Shown here: positions 19,824-34,562 of the stretch, piece after piece
How positions within the stretch are numbered: the first letter of the stretch is position 1
Layout of the letters: the number at the start of each line of letters is the position of its first letter
Program-made: the position numbers and the translations under genes
Origin: Auanema rhodensis
Taxonomy: Eukaryota; Animalia; Nematoda
Length of the DNA stretch: 64,000 nucleotides
Assembly: GCA_964057225.1 (NCBI GenBank)
Contig: OZ059898.1
Span: 10,292,001-10,356,000 of the forward strand
Direction of reading: 5' to 3'
Notes under the pieces: generated by a model
What the model was told of the DNA's origin: nothing
Database searches by the model: none
Seen by the model: only the letters and a program-made list of their open reading frames with translations

Positions 19824-21338
19824 TTCGAAAATGTTAGATTGTTTCCGAAAAATTATGAAAAGTCAAGTTCTACTGATTTGAAGAGAATTGTAAGTTTTAG
19901 AAAATAATTAAAAATTAGTTCTCTCTACTATTAACTGATTGTCGGCTAAAATATGGTAACAGTTTTTATAAAAACACAATAAGGTAACAGTTTTTATTGA
20001 AAGTTTCCATGATTAAGATTAAACATAAAAAAAAGGATCAAAAAGAAACACTTCTTGTTTACTTACTTGATTATAATACTTGAAATTCCAAAAACAGTAG
20101 AATAAAATAGAGAAAGCGACAAAAACAGTTGAACGATTTGAAGACAATTGTAAGTTTTAAAAAATAATTAAAAATTAGTTCTCTCTACTATTAACTGATT
20201 GTCGGCTAAAATATGGTAACAGTTTTTATAAAAAGGTTCTATGATTAGGATTAAACAAAAAAAAGAATCAAAAAGAAACACTTCTTGTTTACTTACTTGA
20301 TTATAATACTTAAAATTCAAAAAAAAGTAAAAAACAATTGAGAAAGCGACATAAACAGTTGAACGATTTGAAGAGAATTGTAAGTTTTAGAAAAGAATTA
20401 AAGTTCAGCTATCTCTACTTTTAACTGATTAACGGCTAAAATAAGGTAACAGTTTTTATTGAAAATTTCCGTGATTAAGATTAAACAAAGAGAAAAAAAT
20501 CAAAGAGAAACACTTCTTGTTTACTTATTTGATTATAACACTTGAAATTCCAACAAAAGTAAAGTAAAACTGTTAAAGCGAGTAAAACTGTTGAACGATT
20601 TGAAGACAATTGTAAGTTGAAGAAAAAAATTGAAGTTTAGCTCTCTCTACTATTAACTGAATGTCGGCTAAAATATAGTAACAGTTTTTATTAAAAGTTT
20701 CCATGATTAAGATTAAACAAAAAAAAAGGATCAAAAAGAAACACTTCTTGTTTACTTACTTGATTATAATACTTGAAATTCCAAAAACAGTAGAATAAAA
20801 TAGAGAAAGCGACAAAAACAGTTGAACGATTTGAAGACAATTGTAAGTTTTAGAAAATAATTAAAAATTAGTTCTCTCTACTATTAACTGATTGTCGGCT
20901 AAAATATGGTAACAGTTTTTATAAAAAGGTTCTATGATTAGGATTAAACAAAAAAAAGAATCAAAAAGAAACACTTCTTGTTTACTTACTTGATTATAAT
21001 ACTTGAAATTCAAAAAAAAGTAAAAAACAATTGAGAAAGCGACATAAACAGTTGAACGATTTGAAGACAATTGTAAGTTGAAGAAAAAAAATAAAGTTTA
21101 GCTCTCTCTACTATTAACTGAATGTCGGCTAAAATATAGTAACAGTTTTTATTAAAAGTTTCCATGATTAAGATTAAACAAAGAAAAAAAATCAAAAAGA
21201 AACACTTCTTGTTTACTTACTTGATTATAATACTTGAAATTCAAAAAAAAGTAAAAAACAATTGAGAAAGCGGGTAAAACTGTTGAACTAAAACAGTCTT
21301 TATAAAATATAAATGATATTTTTTTATAAAAGTGAAGT

Positions 21339-21409
21339 TGCATCGGCCGGGAATCGAACCCGGGTCGCCCGCGTGGCAGGCGAGCATTCTACCACTGAAC
21401 CACCGATGC
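21339..21409 (-). tRNA. tRNA-Gly(GCC)
   Basis: Identical 71-nt copy. Confidence 0.97.
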
Positions 21410-22154
21410 TTCGAAAATGTTAGATTGTTTCCGAAAAATTATGAAAAGTCAAGTTCTACTGATTTGAAAAGAATTGTAAGTTTTAGAAAATAATTAAAAA
21501 TTAGTTCTCTCTACTATTAACTGATTGTCGGCTAAAATATGGTAACAGTTTTTATTTAAAGTTTTCATGATTAGGATTAAACAAGAAAAAGAATCAAAAA
21601 GAAACACTTCTTGTTTACTTATTTGATTATAATACTTGAAATTCCAAAAACAGTAGAATAAAATAGAGAAAGCGACGAAAAAAGTTCAACGATTTGAAGA
21701 GAATTGTAAGTTTTAGAAAAGAATTAAAGTTCAGCTATCTCTAATATTAACTGATTATCGGCTGAAATAAGGTAACAGTTTTTATTAAAGCGAGTAAAAC
21801 TGTTGAACGATTTGAAGACAATCGGCTAAAATAAGGTAACAGTTTTTATTAAAGCGAGTAAAACTGTTGAACGATTTGAAGACAATTGTAAGTTGAAGAA
21901 AAAAATTAAAGTTTAGCTCTCTCTACTATTTAATGATTGTCGGCTAAAATATGGTAACAGTTTTTAATAAAAGTTTCCATGATTAAGATTAAACAAAGAA
22001 AAAAAAATCAAAGAGAAACACTTCTTGTTTACTAATTTGATTATAACACTTGAAAATCCAACAAAAGTAAAATAAAACTGGAAAAGCGAGTAAAACTGTT
22101 GAAATAAAACAGTTTTTATTAAATATAAATGATATTTTTTTATAAAAATGAAGT

Positions 22155-22225
22155 TGCATCGGCCGGGAATCGAACCCGGGTCGCCCGCGTGGCAGGCGAG
22201 CATTCTACCACTGAACCACCGATGC
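22155..22225 (-). tRNA. tRNA-Gly(GCC)
   Basis: Identical 71-nt copy. Confidence 0.97.
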
Positions 22226-23019
22226 TTCGAAAATGTTAGATTGTTTCCGAAAAATTATGAAAAGTCAAGTTCTACTGATTTGAAGAGAATTGTAAGTTTT
22301 AGAAAAGAATTAAAGTTCAGCTATCTCTACTATTAACTGATTATCGGCTAAAATAAGGTAACAGTTTTTATTAAAAGTTTCCATGATTAAGATCAAACAA
22401 AGAAAAAAAATCAAAGAGAAACACTTCTTGTTTACTTATTTGATTATAATACTTGAAATTCCAAAAACAGTAGAATAAAATAGAGAAAGCGACGAAAAAA
22501 GTTGAACGATTTGAAGAGAATTGTAAGTTTTAGAAAAGAATTAAAGTTCAGCTATCTCTACTATTAACTGATTATCGGCTTAAATAAGGTAACAGTTTTT
22601 ATTAAAAGTTTCCATGATTAAGATTAAACAAAGAAAAAAAATTAAAGAAAAACACTTCTTGTTTACTAATTTGATTATAACACTTGAAATTCCAACAAAA
22701 GTAAAGTAAAACTGTTAAAGCGAGTAAAACTGTTGAACGATTTGAAGACAATTGTAAGTTTCAGAAAAGAATTAAAGTTCAGCTCTCTCTACTATTAACT
22801 GAATGTCGGCTGAAATAAGGTAACAGTTTTTATTAAAAGTTTCCATGATTAAGATTAAACAAAGAAAAAAAATCAAAAAGAAACACTTCTTGTTTACTTA
22901 CTTGATTATAATACTTGAAATTCAAAAAAAAGTAAAAAACAATTGAGAAAGCGGGTAAAACTGTTGAACTAAAACAGTCTTTATAAAATATAAATGATAT
23001 TTTTTTATAAAAGTGAAGT

Positions 23020-23090
23020 TGCATTGGCCGGGAATCGAACCCGGGTCGCCCGCGTGGCAGGCGAGCATTCTACCACTGAACCACCGATGC
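23020..23090 (-). tRNA. tRNA-Gly(GCC), G68A variant
   Basis: Same single substitution as 19753. Confidence 0.92.
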
Positions 23091-24607
23091 TTCGAAAATG
23101 TTAGATTGTTTCCGAAAAATTATGAAAAGTCAAGTTCTACTGATTTGAAGAGAATTGTAAGTTTTAGAAAATAATTAAAAATTAGTTCTCTCTACTATTA
23201 ACTGATTGTCGGCTAAAATATGGTAACAGTTTTTATAAAAACACAATAAGGTAACAGTTTTTATTGAAAGTTTCCATGATTAAGATTAAACAAAAAAAAA
23301 AGGATCAAAAAGAAACACTTCTGGTTTACTTACTTGATTATAATACTTGAAATTCCAAAAACAGTAGAATAAAATAGAGAAAGCGACAAAAACAGTTGAA
23401 CGATTTGAAGACAATTGTAAGTTTTAAAAAATAATTAAAAATTAGTTCTCTCTACTATTAACTGATTGTCGGCTAAAATATGGTAACAGTTTTTATAAAA
23501 AGGTTCTATGATTAGGATTAAACAAAAAAAAGAATCAAAAAGAAACACTTCTTGTTTACTTACTTGATTATAATACTTAAAATTCAAAAAAAAGTAAAAA
23601 ACAATTGAGAAAGCGACATAAACAGTTGAACGATTTGAAGAGAATTGTAAGTTTTAGAAAAGAATTAAAGTTCAGCTATCTCTACTTTTAACTGATCAAC
23701 GGCTAAAATAAGGTAACAGTTTTTATTGAAAATTTCCGTGATTAAGATTAAACAAAGAGAAAAAAATCAAAGAGAAACACTTCTTGTTTACTTATTTGAT
23801 TATAACACTTGAAATTCCAACAAAAGTAAAGTAAAACTGTTAAAGCGAGTAAAACTGTTGAACGATTTGAAGACAATTGTAAGTTGAAGAAAAAAATTGA
23901 AGTTTAGCTCTCTCTACTATTAACTGAATGTCGGCTAAAATATAGTAACAGTTTTTATTAAAAGTTTCCATGATTAAGATTAAACAAAGAAAAAAAATCA
24001 AAGAGAAACACTTCTTGTTTACTTATTTGATTATAATACTTGAAATTCCAAAAACAGTAGAATAAAATAGAGAAAGCGACGAAAAAAGTTGAACGATTTG
24101 AAGAGAATTGTAAGTTTTAGAAAAGAATTAAAGTTCAGCTATCTCTACTATTAACTGATTATCGGCTTAAATAAGGTAACAGTTTTTATTAAAAGTTTCC
24201 ATGATTAAGATTAAACAAAGAAAAAAAATTAAAGAAAAACACTTCTTGTTTACTAATTTGATTATAACACTTGAAATTCCAACAAAAGTAAAGTAAAACT
24301 GTTAAAGCGAGTAAAACTGTTGAACGATTTGAAGACAATTGTAAGTGTCAGAAAAGAATTAAAGTTTAGCTCTCTCTACTATTAACTGAATGTCGGCTGA
24401 AATAAGGTAACAGTTTTTATTAAAAGTTTCCATGATTAAGATTAAACAAAGAAAAAAAAATCAAAAAGAAACACTTCTTGTTTACTTACTTGATTATAAT
24501 ACTTGAAATTCAAAAAAAAGTAAAAAACAATTGAGAAAGCGGGTAAAACTGTTGAACTAAAACAGTTTTTATAAAATATAAATGATATTTTTTTATAAAA
24601 GTGAAGT

Positions 24608-24678
24608 TGCATTGGCCGGGAATCGAACCCGGGTCGCCCGCGTGGCAGGCGAGCATTCTACCACTGAACCACCGATGC
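24608..24678 (-). tRNA. tRNA-Gly(GCC), G68A variant
   Basis: Same single substitution as 19753. Confidence 0.92.
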
Positions 24679-27113
24679 TTCGAAAATGTTAGATTGTTTC
24701 CGAAAAATTATGAAAAGTCAAGTTCTACTGATTTGAAGAGAATTGTAAGTTTTAGAAAATAATTAAAAATTAGTTCTCTCTACTATTAACTGATTGTCGG
24801 CTAAAATATGGTAACAGTTTTTAAAAAAACACAATAAGGTAACAGTTTTTATTGAAAGTTTCCATGATTAAGATTAAACAAAAAAAAAGGATCAAAAAGA
24901 AACACTTCTTGTTTACTTACTTGATTATAATACTTGAAATTCCAAAAACAGTAGAATAAAATAGAGAAAGCGACAAAAACAGTTGAACGATTTGAAGACA
25001 ATTGTAAGTTTTAAAAAATAATTAAAAATTAGTTCTCTCTACTATTAACTGATTGTCGGCTAAAATATGGTAACAGTTTTTATAAAAAGGTTCTATGATT
25101 AGGATTAAACAAAAAAAAGAATCAAAAAGAAACACTTCTTGTTTACTTACTTGATTATAATACTTAAAATTCAAAAAAAAGTAAAAAACAATTGAGAAAG
25201 CGACATAAACAGTTGAACGATTTGAAGAGAATTGTAAGTTTTAGAAAAGAATTAAAGTTCAGCTATCTCTACTTTTAACTGATTAACGGCTAAAATAAGG
25301 TAACAGTTTTTATTGAAAATTTCCGTGATTAAGATTAAACAAAGAGAAAAAAATCAAAGAGAAACACTTCTTGTTTACTTATTTGATTATAACACTTGAA
25401 ATTCCAACAAAAGTAAAGTAAAACTGTTAAAGCGAGTAAAACTGTTGAACGATTTGAAGACAATTGTAAGTTGAAGAAAAAAATTGAAGTTTAGCTCTCT
25501 CTACTATTAACTGAATGTCGGCTAAAATATAGTAACAGTTTTTATTAAAAGTTTCCGTGATTAAGATTACACAAAGAAAAAAAATCAAAGAGAAACACTT
25601 CTTGTTTACTTATTTGATTATAACACTTGAAATTCCAACAAAAGTAAAGTAAAACTGTTAAAGCGAGTAAAACTGTTGAACGATTTGAAGACAATTGTAA
25701 GTTGAAGAAAAAAATTGAAGTTTAGCTCTCTCTACTATTAACTGAATGTCGGCTGAAATAAGGTAACAGTTTTTATTGAAAGTTTCCGTGATTAAGATTA
25801 CACAAAGAAAAAAATCAAAGAGAAACACTTCTTGTTTACTTATTTGATTATAACACTTGAAATTCCAACAAAAGTAAAGTAAAACTGTTAAAGCGAGTAA
25901 AACTGTTGAACGATTTGAAGACAATTGTAAGTTTTAGAAAATAATTAAAAATTAGTTCTCTCTACTATTAACTGATTGTCGGCTAAAATATGGTAACAGT
26001 TTTTATAAAAAGTTTCCATGATTAGGATTAAACAAAAAAAAGAATTAAAGAGAAACACTTTTTGTTTACTTATTTGATTATAATACTTGAAATTCCAAAA
26101 ACAGTAGAATAAAATTGAGAAAGCGACAAAAACAGTTGAACGATTTGAAGAGAATTGTAAGTTTTAGAAAAGAATTAAAGTTCAGCTATCTCTACTATTA
26201 ACTGATTATCGGCTAAAATAAGGTAACAGTTTTTATTGAAAGTTTCCATGATTAAGATTAAACAAAGAAAAAAATCAAAGAGAAATACTTCTTGTTTACT
26301 TACTTGATTATAATACTTGAAATTCCAAAAACAGTAGAATAAAATAGAGAAAGCGACAAAAACAGTTGAACGATTTGAAGACAATTGTAAGTTTTAGAAA
26401 ATAATTGAAAATTAGTTCTCTCTACTATTAACTGATTGTCGGCTAAAATATGGTAACAGTTTTTATAAAAAGGTTCTATGATTAGGATTACACAAAAAAA
26501 GAATCAAAAAGAAACACTTCTTGTTTACTTACTTGATTATAATACTTGAAATTCAAAAAAAAGTAAAAAACAATTGAGAAAGCGACATAAACAGTTGAAC
26601 GATTTGAAGAGAATTGTAAGTTTTAGAAAATAATTAAAGTTCAGCTATCTCTACTATTAACTGATTGTCGGCTAAAATATGGTAACAGTTTTTATAAAAA
26701 GGTTCTATGATTAGGATTACACAAAAAAAGAATCAAAAAGAAACACTTCTTGTTTACTAATTTGATTATAACACTTGAAATTCCAAAAACAGTAGAATAA
26801 AATAGAGAAAGCGACAAAAACAGTTGAACGATTTGAAGACAATTGTAAGTTTTAGAAAATAATTGAAAATTAGTTCTCTCTACTATTAACTGAATGTCGG
26901 CTAAAATATAGTAACAGTTTTTATTAAAAGTTTCCATGATTAAGATTAAACAAAGAAAAAAAAATCAAAAAAAAAAACACTTCTTGTTTACTTACTTGAT
27001 TATAATACTTGAAATTGAAAAAAAAGTAAAAAACAATTGAGAAAGCGGGTAAAACTGTTGAACTAAAACAGTCTTTATAAAATATAAATGATATTTTTTT
27101 ATAAAAGTGAAGT

Positions 27114-27184
27114 TGCATCGGCCGGGAATCGAACCCGGGTCGCCCGCGTGGCAGGCGAGCATTCTACCACTGAACCACCGATGC
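27114..27184 (-). tRNA. tRNA-Gly(GCC)
   Basis: Identical 71-nt copy. Confidence 0.97.
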
Positions 27185-28206
27185 TTCGAAAATGTTAGAT
27201 TGTTTCCGAAACATTATGAAAAGTCAAGTTCTACTGATTTGAAGAGAATTGTAAGTTTTAGAAAATAATTAAAAATTAGTTCTCTCTACTATTAACTGAT
27301 TGTCGGCTAAAATATGGTAACAGTTTTTATAAAAAGTTTCCATGATTAGGATTAAACAAAAAAAAGAATTAAAGAGAAACACTTTTTGTTTACTTATTTG
27401 ATTATAATACTTGAAATTCCAAAAACAGTAGAATAAAATTGAGAAAGCGACAAAAACAGTTGAACGATTTGAAGAGAATTGTAAGTTTTAGAAAAGAATT
27501 AAAGTTCAGCTATCTCTACTATTAACTGATTATCGGCTAAAATAAGGTAACAGTTTTTATTGAAAGTTTCCATGATTAAGATTAAACAAAGAAAAAAATC
27601 AAAGAGAAACACTTCTTGTTTACTTACTTGATTATAATACTTGAAATTCCAAAAACAGTAGAATAAAATAGAGAAAGCGACAAAAACAGTTGAACGATTT
27701 GAAGACAATTGTAAGTTTTAGAAAATAATTGAAAATTAGTTCTCTCTACTATTAACTGATTGTCGGCTAAAATATGGTAACAGTTTTTATAAAAAGGTTC
27801 TATGATTAGGATTACACAAAAAAAGAATCAAAAAGAAACACTTCTTGTTTACTTACTTGATTATAATACTTGAAATTCAAAAAAAAGTAAAAAACAATTG
27901 AGAAAGCGACATAAACAGTTGAACGATTTGAAGAGAATTGTAAGTTTTAGAAAAGATTTAAAGTTCAGCTATCTCTACTATTAACTGAATGTCGGCTAAA
28001 ATATAGTAACAGTTTTTATTAAAAGTTTCCATGATTAAGATTAAACAAAGAAAAAAAAATCAAAAAAAAACACTTCTTGTTTACTTACTTGATTATAATA
28101 CTTGAAATTGAAAAAAAAGTAAAAAACAATTGAGAAAGCGGGTAAAACTGTTGAACTAAAACAGTCTTTATAAAATATAAATGATTTTTTTTTATAAAAG
28201 TGAAGT

Positions 28207-28277
28207 TGCATCGGCCGGGAATCGAACCCGGGTCGCCCGCGTGGCAGGCGAGCATTCTACCACTGAACCACCGATGC
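28207..28277 (-). tRNA. tRNA-Gly(GCC)
   Basis: Identical 71-nt copy. Confidence 0.97.
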
Positions 28278-29073
28278 TTCGAAAATGTTAGATTGTTTCC
28301 GAAAAATTATGAAAAGTCAAGTTCTACTGATTTGAAGAGAATTGTAAGTTTTAGAAAATAATTAAAAATTAGTTCTCTCTACTATTAACTGATTGTCGGC
28401 TAAAATATGGTAACAGTTTTTATAAAAAGGTTCTATGATTAGGATTAAACAAAAAAAAGAATCAAAAAGAAACACTTCTTGTTTACTTACTTGATTATAA
28501 TACTTAAAATTCAAAAAAAAAGTAAAAAACAATTGAGAAAGCGACATAAACAGTTGAACGATTTGAAGAGAATTGTAAGTTTTAGAAAAGAATTAAAGTT
28601 CAGCTATCTCTACTTTTAACTGATTAACGGCTAAAATAAGGTAACAGTTTTTATTGAAAATTTCCGTGATTAAAATTAAACAAAGAGAAAAAAATCAAAG
28701 AGAAACACTTCTTGTTTACTTATTTGATTATAACACTTGAAATTCCAACAAAAGTAAAGTAAAACTGTTAAAGCGAGTAAAACTGTTGAACGATTTGAAG
28801 ACAATTGTAAGCTGAAGAAAAAAATTGAAGTTTAGCTTTGTCTACTATTAACTGATAATCGGCTGAAATATGGTGACAGTTTTTTATTAAAAGGTTCCAT
28901 GATTGGGATTAAACAAAAAAAAAGAATCAAAAAGAAACACTTCTTGTTTACTTACTTGATTATAACACTTGAAATTGAAAAAAAAGTAAAAAACAATTGA
29001 GAAAGCGGGTAAAACTGTTGAACTAAAACAGTCTTTATAAAATATAAATGATATTTTTTTATAAAAGTGAAGT

Positions 29074-29144
29074 TGCATCGGCCGGGAATCGAACCCGGGT
29101 CGCCCGCGTGGCAGGCGAGCATTCTACCACTGAACCACCGATGC
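29074..29144 (-). tRNA. tRNA-Gly(GCC)
   Basis: Identical 71-nt copy. Confidence 0.97.
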
Positions 29145-30659
29145 TTCGAAAATGTTAGATTGTTTCCGAAAAATTATGAAAAGTCAAGTTCTACTGATTT
29201 GAAGAGAATTGTAAGTTTTAGAAAATAATTAAAAATTAGTTCTCTCTACTATTAACTGATTGTCGGCTAAAATATGGTAACAGTTTTTATAAAAAGTTTC
29301 CATGATTAGGATTAAACAAAAAAAAGAATTAAAGAGAAACACTTTTTGTTTACTTATTTGATTATAATACTTGAAGTTCCAAAAACAGTAGAACAAAATT
29401 GAGAAAGCGACAAAAACAGTTGAACGATTTGAAGAGAATTGTAAGTTTTAGAAAAGAATTAAAGTTCAGCTATCTCTACTATTAACTGATTATCGGCTAA
29501 AATAAGGTAACAGTTTTTATTGAAAGTTTCCATGATTAAGATTAAACAAAGAAAAAAATCAAATAGAAACACTTCTTGTTTACTTACTTGATTATAATAC
29601 TTGAAATTCCAAAAAAAGTAAAATAAAATTGAGAAAGCGACAAAAACAGTTGAACGATTTGAAGACAATTGTAAGTTTAAGAAAAGAATTAAAGTTTAGC
29701 TTTGTCTACTATTAACTGATAATCGGCTGAAATATGGTGACAGTTTTTTATTAAAAGGTTCCATGATTGGGATTAAACAAAAAAAAAGAATCAAAAAGAA
29801 ACACTTCTTGTTTACTTACTTGATTATAATACTTGAAATTCAAAAAAAAGTAAAAAACAATTGAGAAAGCGACATAAACAGTTGAACGATTTGAAGAGAA
29901 TTGTAAGTTTTAGAAAATAATTAAAAATTAGTTCTCTCTACTATTAACTGATTGTCGGCTAAAATATGGTAACAGTTTTTATAAAAACACAATAAGGTAA
30001 CAGTTTTTATTGAAAGTTTCCATGATTAAGATTAAACAAAAAAAAAAGGATCAAAAAGAAACACTTCTTGTTTACTTACTTGATTATAATACTTGAAATT
30101 CCAAAAACAGTAGAATAAAATAGAGAAAGCGACAAAAACAGTTGAACGATTTGAAGACAATTGTAAGTTTTAAAAAATAATTAAAAATTAGTTCTCTCTA
30201 CTATTAACTGATTGTCGGCTAAAATATGGTAACAGTTTTTATAAAAAGGTTCTATGATTAGGATTAAACAAAAAAAAAGAATCAAAAAGAAACACTTCTT
30301 GTTTACTTACTTGATTATAATACTTAAAATTCAAAAAAAAGTAAAAAACAATTGAGAAAGCGACATAAACAGTTGAACGATTTGAAGACAATTGTAAGTT
30401 GAAGAAAAAAATTAAAGTTTAGCTCTCTCTACTATTAACTGAATGTCGGCTAAAATATAGTAACAGTTTTTATCAAAAGTTTCCATGATTAAGATTAAAC
30501 AAAGAAAAAAAATCAAAAAGAAACAGTTCTTGTTTACTTACTTGATTATAACACTTGAAAATCCAACAAAAGTAAAATAAAACTGTGAAAGCGGGTAAAA
30601 CTGTTGAACTAAAACAGTCTTTATAAAATATAAATGATATTTTTTTATAAAAGTGAAGT

Positions 30660-30730
30660 TGCATCGGCCGGGAATCGAACCCGGGTCGCCCGCGTGGCAG
30701 GCGAGCATTCTACCACTGAACCACCGATGC
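30660..30730 (-). tRNA. tRNA-Gly(GCC)
   Basis: Identical 71-nt copy. Confidence 0.97.
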
Positions 30731-32012
30731 TTCGAAAATGTTAGATTGTTTCCGAAAAATTATGAAAAGTCAAGTTCTACTGATTTGAAGAGAATTGTAA
30801 GTTTTAGAAAATAATTAAAAATTAGTTCTCTCTACTATTAACTGATTGTCGGCTAAAATATGGTAACAGTTTTTATAAAAACACAATAAGGTAACAGTTT
30901 TTATTGAAAGTTTCCATGATTAAGATTAAACAAAAAAAAGGATCAAAAAGAAACACTTCTTGTTTACTTACTTGATTATAATACTTGAAATTCCAAAAAC
31001 AGTAGAATAAAATAGAGAAAGCGACAAAAACAGTTGAACGATTTGAAGACAATTGTAAGTTTTAAAAAATAATTAAAAATTAGTTCTCTCTACTATTAAC
31101 TGATTGTCGGCTAAAATATGGTAACAGTTTTTATAAAAAGGTTCTATGATTAGGATTAAACAAAAAAAAGAATCAAAAAGAAACACTTCTTGTTTACTTA
31201 CTTGATTATAATACTTAAAATTCAAAAAAAAAGTAAAAAACAATTGAGAAAGCGACATAAACAGTTGAACGATTTGAAAAGAATTGTAAGTTTTAGAAAA
31301 GAATTAAAGTTCAGCTATCTCTACTTTTAACTGATTAACGGCTAAAATAAGGTAACAGTTTTTATTGAAAGTTTCCATGATTAAGATTAAACAAAGAAAA
31401 AAAATCAAAGAGAAACACTTCTTGTTTACTTATTTGATTATAACTTTTGAAATTCCAACAAAAGTAAAGTAAAACTGTTAAAGCGAGTAAAACTGTTGAA
31501 CGATTTGAAGACAATTGTAAGTTTCAGAAAAGAATTAAAGTTCAGCTATCTCTACTATTAACTGAATATCGGCTGAAATAAGGTAACAGTTTTTATTGAA
31601 AGTTTCCGTGATTAAGATTAAACAAAGAAAAAAAATCAAAGAGAAACACTTCTTGTTTACTTATTTGATTATAACACTTGAAATTCCAACAAAAGTAAAG
31701 TAAAACTGTTAAAGCGAGTAAAACTGTTGAACGATTTGAAGACAATTGTAAGTTTCAGAAAAGAATTAAAGTTCAGCTATCTCTACTATTAACTGAATAT
31801 CGGCTGAAATAAGGTAACAGTTTTTATTAAAATTTTCATGATTAAGATTAAACAAAGAAAAAAAATCAAAGAGAAACACTTCTTGTTTACTAATTTGATT
31901 ATAACACTTGAAAATCCAACAAAAGTAAAATAAAACTGTGAAAGCGGGTAAAACTGTTGAACTAAAACAGTCTTTATAAAATATAAATGATATTTTTTTA
32001 TAAAAGTGAAGT

Positions 32013-32083
32013 TGCATCGGCCGGGAATCGAACCCGGGTCGCCCGCGTGGCAGGCGAGCATTCTACCACTGAACCACCGATGC
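32013..32083 (-). tRNA. tRNA-Gly(GCC)
   Basis: Identical 71-nt copy. Confidence 0.97.
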
Positions 32084-33598
32084 TTCGAAAATGTTAGATT
32101 GTTTCCGAAACATTATGAAAAGTCAAGTTCTACTAATTTAAAGAGAATTGTAAGTTTTAGAAAATAATTAAAAATTAGTTCTCTCTACTATTAACTGATT
32201 GTCGGCTAAAATATGGTAACAGTTTTTATAAAAAGTTTCCATGATTAGGATTAAACAAAAAAAAGAATTAAAGAGAAACACTTTTTGTTTACTTATTTGA
32301 TTATAATACTTGAAATTCCAAAAACAGTAGAATAAAATTGAGAAAGCGACAAAAACAGTTGAACGATTTGAAGAGAATTGTAAGTTTTAGAAAAGAATCA
32401 AAGTTCAGCTATCTCTACTATTAACTGATTATCGGCTAAAATAAGGTAACAGTTTTTATTGAAAGTTTCCATGATTAAGATTAAACAAAGAAAAAAATCA
32501 AAGAGAAACACTTCTTGTTTACTTACTTAATTATAATACTTGAAATTCCAAAAAAAGTAAAATAAAATTGAGAAAGCGACAAAAACAGTTGAACGATTTG
32601 AAGACAATTGTAAGTTTAAGAAAAGAATTAAAGTTTAGCTTTGTCTACTATTAACTGATAATCGGCTGAAATATGGTGACAGTTTTTTATTAAAAGGTTC
32701 CATGATTGGGATTAAACAAAAAAAAAGAATCAAAAAGAAACACTTCTTGTTTACTTACTTGATTATAATACTTGAAATTCAAAAAAAAGTAAAAAACAAT
32801 TGAGAAAGCGACATAAACAGTTGAACGATTTGAAGAGAATTGTAAGTTTTAGAAAATAATTAAAAATTAGTTCTCTCTACTATTAACTGATTGTCGGCTA
32901 AAATATGGTAACAGTTTTTATAAAAACACAATAAGGTAACAGTTTTTATTGAAAGTTTCCATGATTGAGATTAAACAAAAAAAAAAGGATCAAAAAGAAA
33001 CACTTCTTGTTTACTTACTTGATTATAATACTTGAAATTCCAAAAACAGTAGAATAAAATAGAGAAAGCGACAAAAACAGTTGAACGATTTGAAGACAAT
33101 TGTAAGTTTTAGAAAATAATTGAGAATTAGTTCTCTCTACTATTAACTGATTGTCGGCTAAAATATGGTAACAGTTTTTATAAAAAGGTTCTATGATTAA
33201 GATTAAACAAAAAAAAGAATCAAAAAGAAACACTTCTTGTTTACTTACTTGATTGTAATACTTGAAATTCAAAAAAAAGTAAAAAACAATTGAGAAAGCG
33301 ACGTAAACAGTTGAACGATTTGAAGAGAATTGTAAGTTTTAGAAAAGAATTAAAGTTCAGCTATCTCTACTATTAACTGAATGTCGGCTAAAATATAGTA
33401 ACAGTTTTTATTAAAAGTTTCCATGATTAAGATTAAACAAAGAAAAAAAAATCAAAAAGAAACACTTCTTGTTTACTTACTTGATTATAATACTTGAAAT
33501 TGAAAAAAAAGTAAAAAACAATTGAGAAAGCGGGTAAAACTGTTGAACTAAAACAGTCTTTATAAAATATAAATGATATTTTTTTATAAAAGTGAAGT

Positions 33599-33669
33599 TG
33601 CATCGGCCGGGAATCGAACCCGGGTCGCCCGCGTGGCAGGCGAGCATTCTACCACTGAACCACCGATGC
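33599..33669 (-). tRNA. tRNA-Gly(GCC)
   Basis: Identical 71-nt copy. Confidence 0.97.
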
Positions 33670-34491
33670 TTCGAAAATGTTAGATTGTTTCCGAAAAATT
33701 ATGAAAAGTCAAGTTCTACTGATTTGAAGAGAATTGTAAGTTTTAGAAAATAATTAAAAATTAGTTCTCTCTACTATTAACTGATTGTCGGCTAAAATAT
33801 GGTAACAGTTTTTATAAAAACACAATAAGGTAACAGTTTTTATTGAAAGTTTCCATGATTAAGATTAAACAAAAAAAAAAGGATCAAAAAGAAACACTTC
33901 TTGTTTACTTACTTGATTATAATACTTGAAATTCCAAAAACAGTAGAATAAAATAGAGAAAGCGACAAAAACAGTTGAACGATTTGAAGACAATTGTAAG
34001 TTTTAAAAAATAATTAAAGATTAGTTCTCTCTACTATTAACTGATTGTCGGCTAAAATATGGTAACAGTTTTTATAAAAAGGTTCTATGATTAGGATTAA
34101 ACAAAAAAAAGAATCAAAAAGAAACACTTCTTGTTCACTTACTTGATTATAATACTTAAAATTCAAAAAAAAGTAAAAAACAATTGAGAAAGCGACATAT
34201 ACAGTTGAACGATTTGAAGAGAATTGTAAGTTTTAGAAAATAATTAAAAATTAGTTCTCTCTACTATTAACTGAATGTCGGCTAAAATATAGTAACAGTT
34301 TTTATTAAAAGTTTCCATGATTAAGATTAAACAAAGAAAAAAAATCAAAAAGAAACAGTTCTTGTTTACTTACTTGATTATAACACTTGAAAATCCAACA
34401 AAAGTAAAATAAAACTGTGAAAGCGGGTAAAACTGTTGAACTAAAACAGTCTTTATAAAATATAAATGATATTTTTTTATAAAAGTGAAGT

Positions 34492-34562
34492 TGCATCGGC
34501 CGGGAATCGAACCCGGGTCGCCCGCGTGGCAGGCGAGCATTCTACCACTGAACCACCGATGC
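34492..34562 (-). tRNA. tRNA-Gly(GCC)
   Basis: Identical 71-nt copy. Confidence 0.97.
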
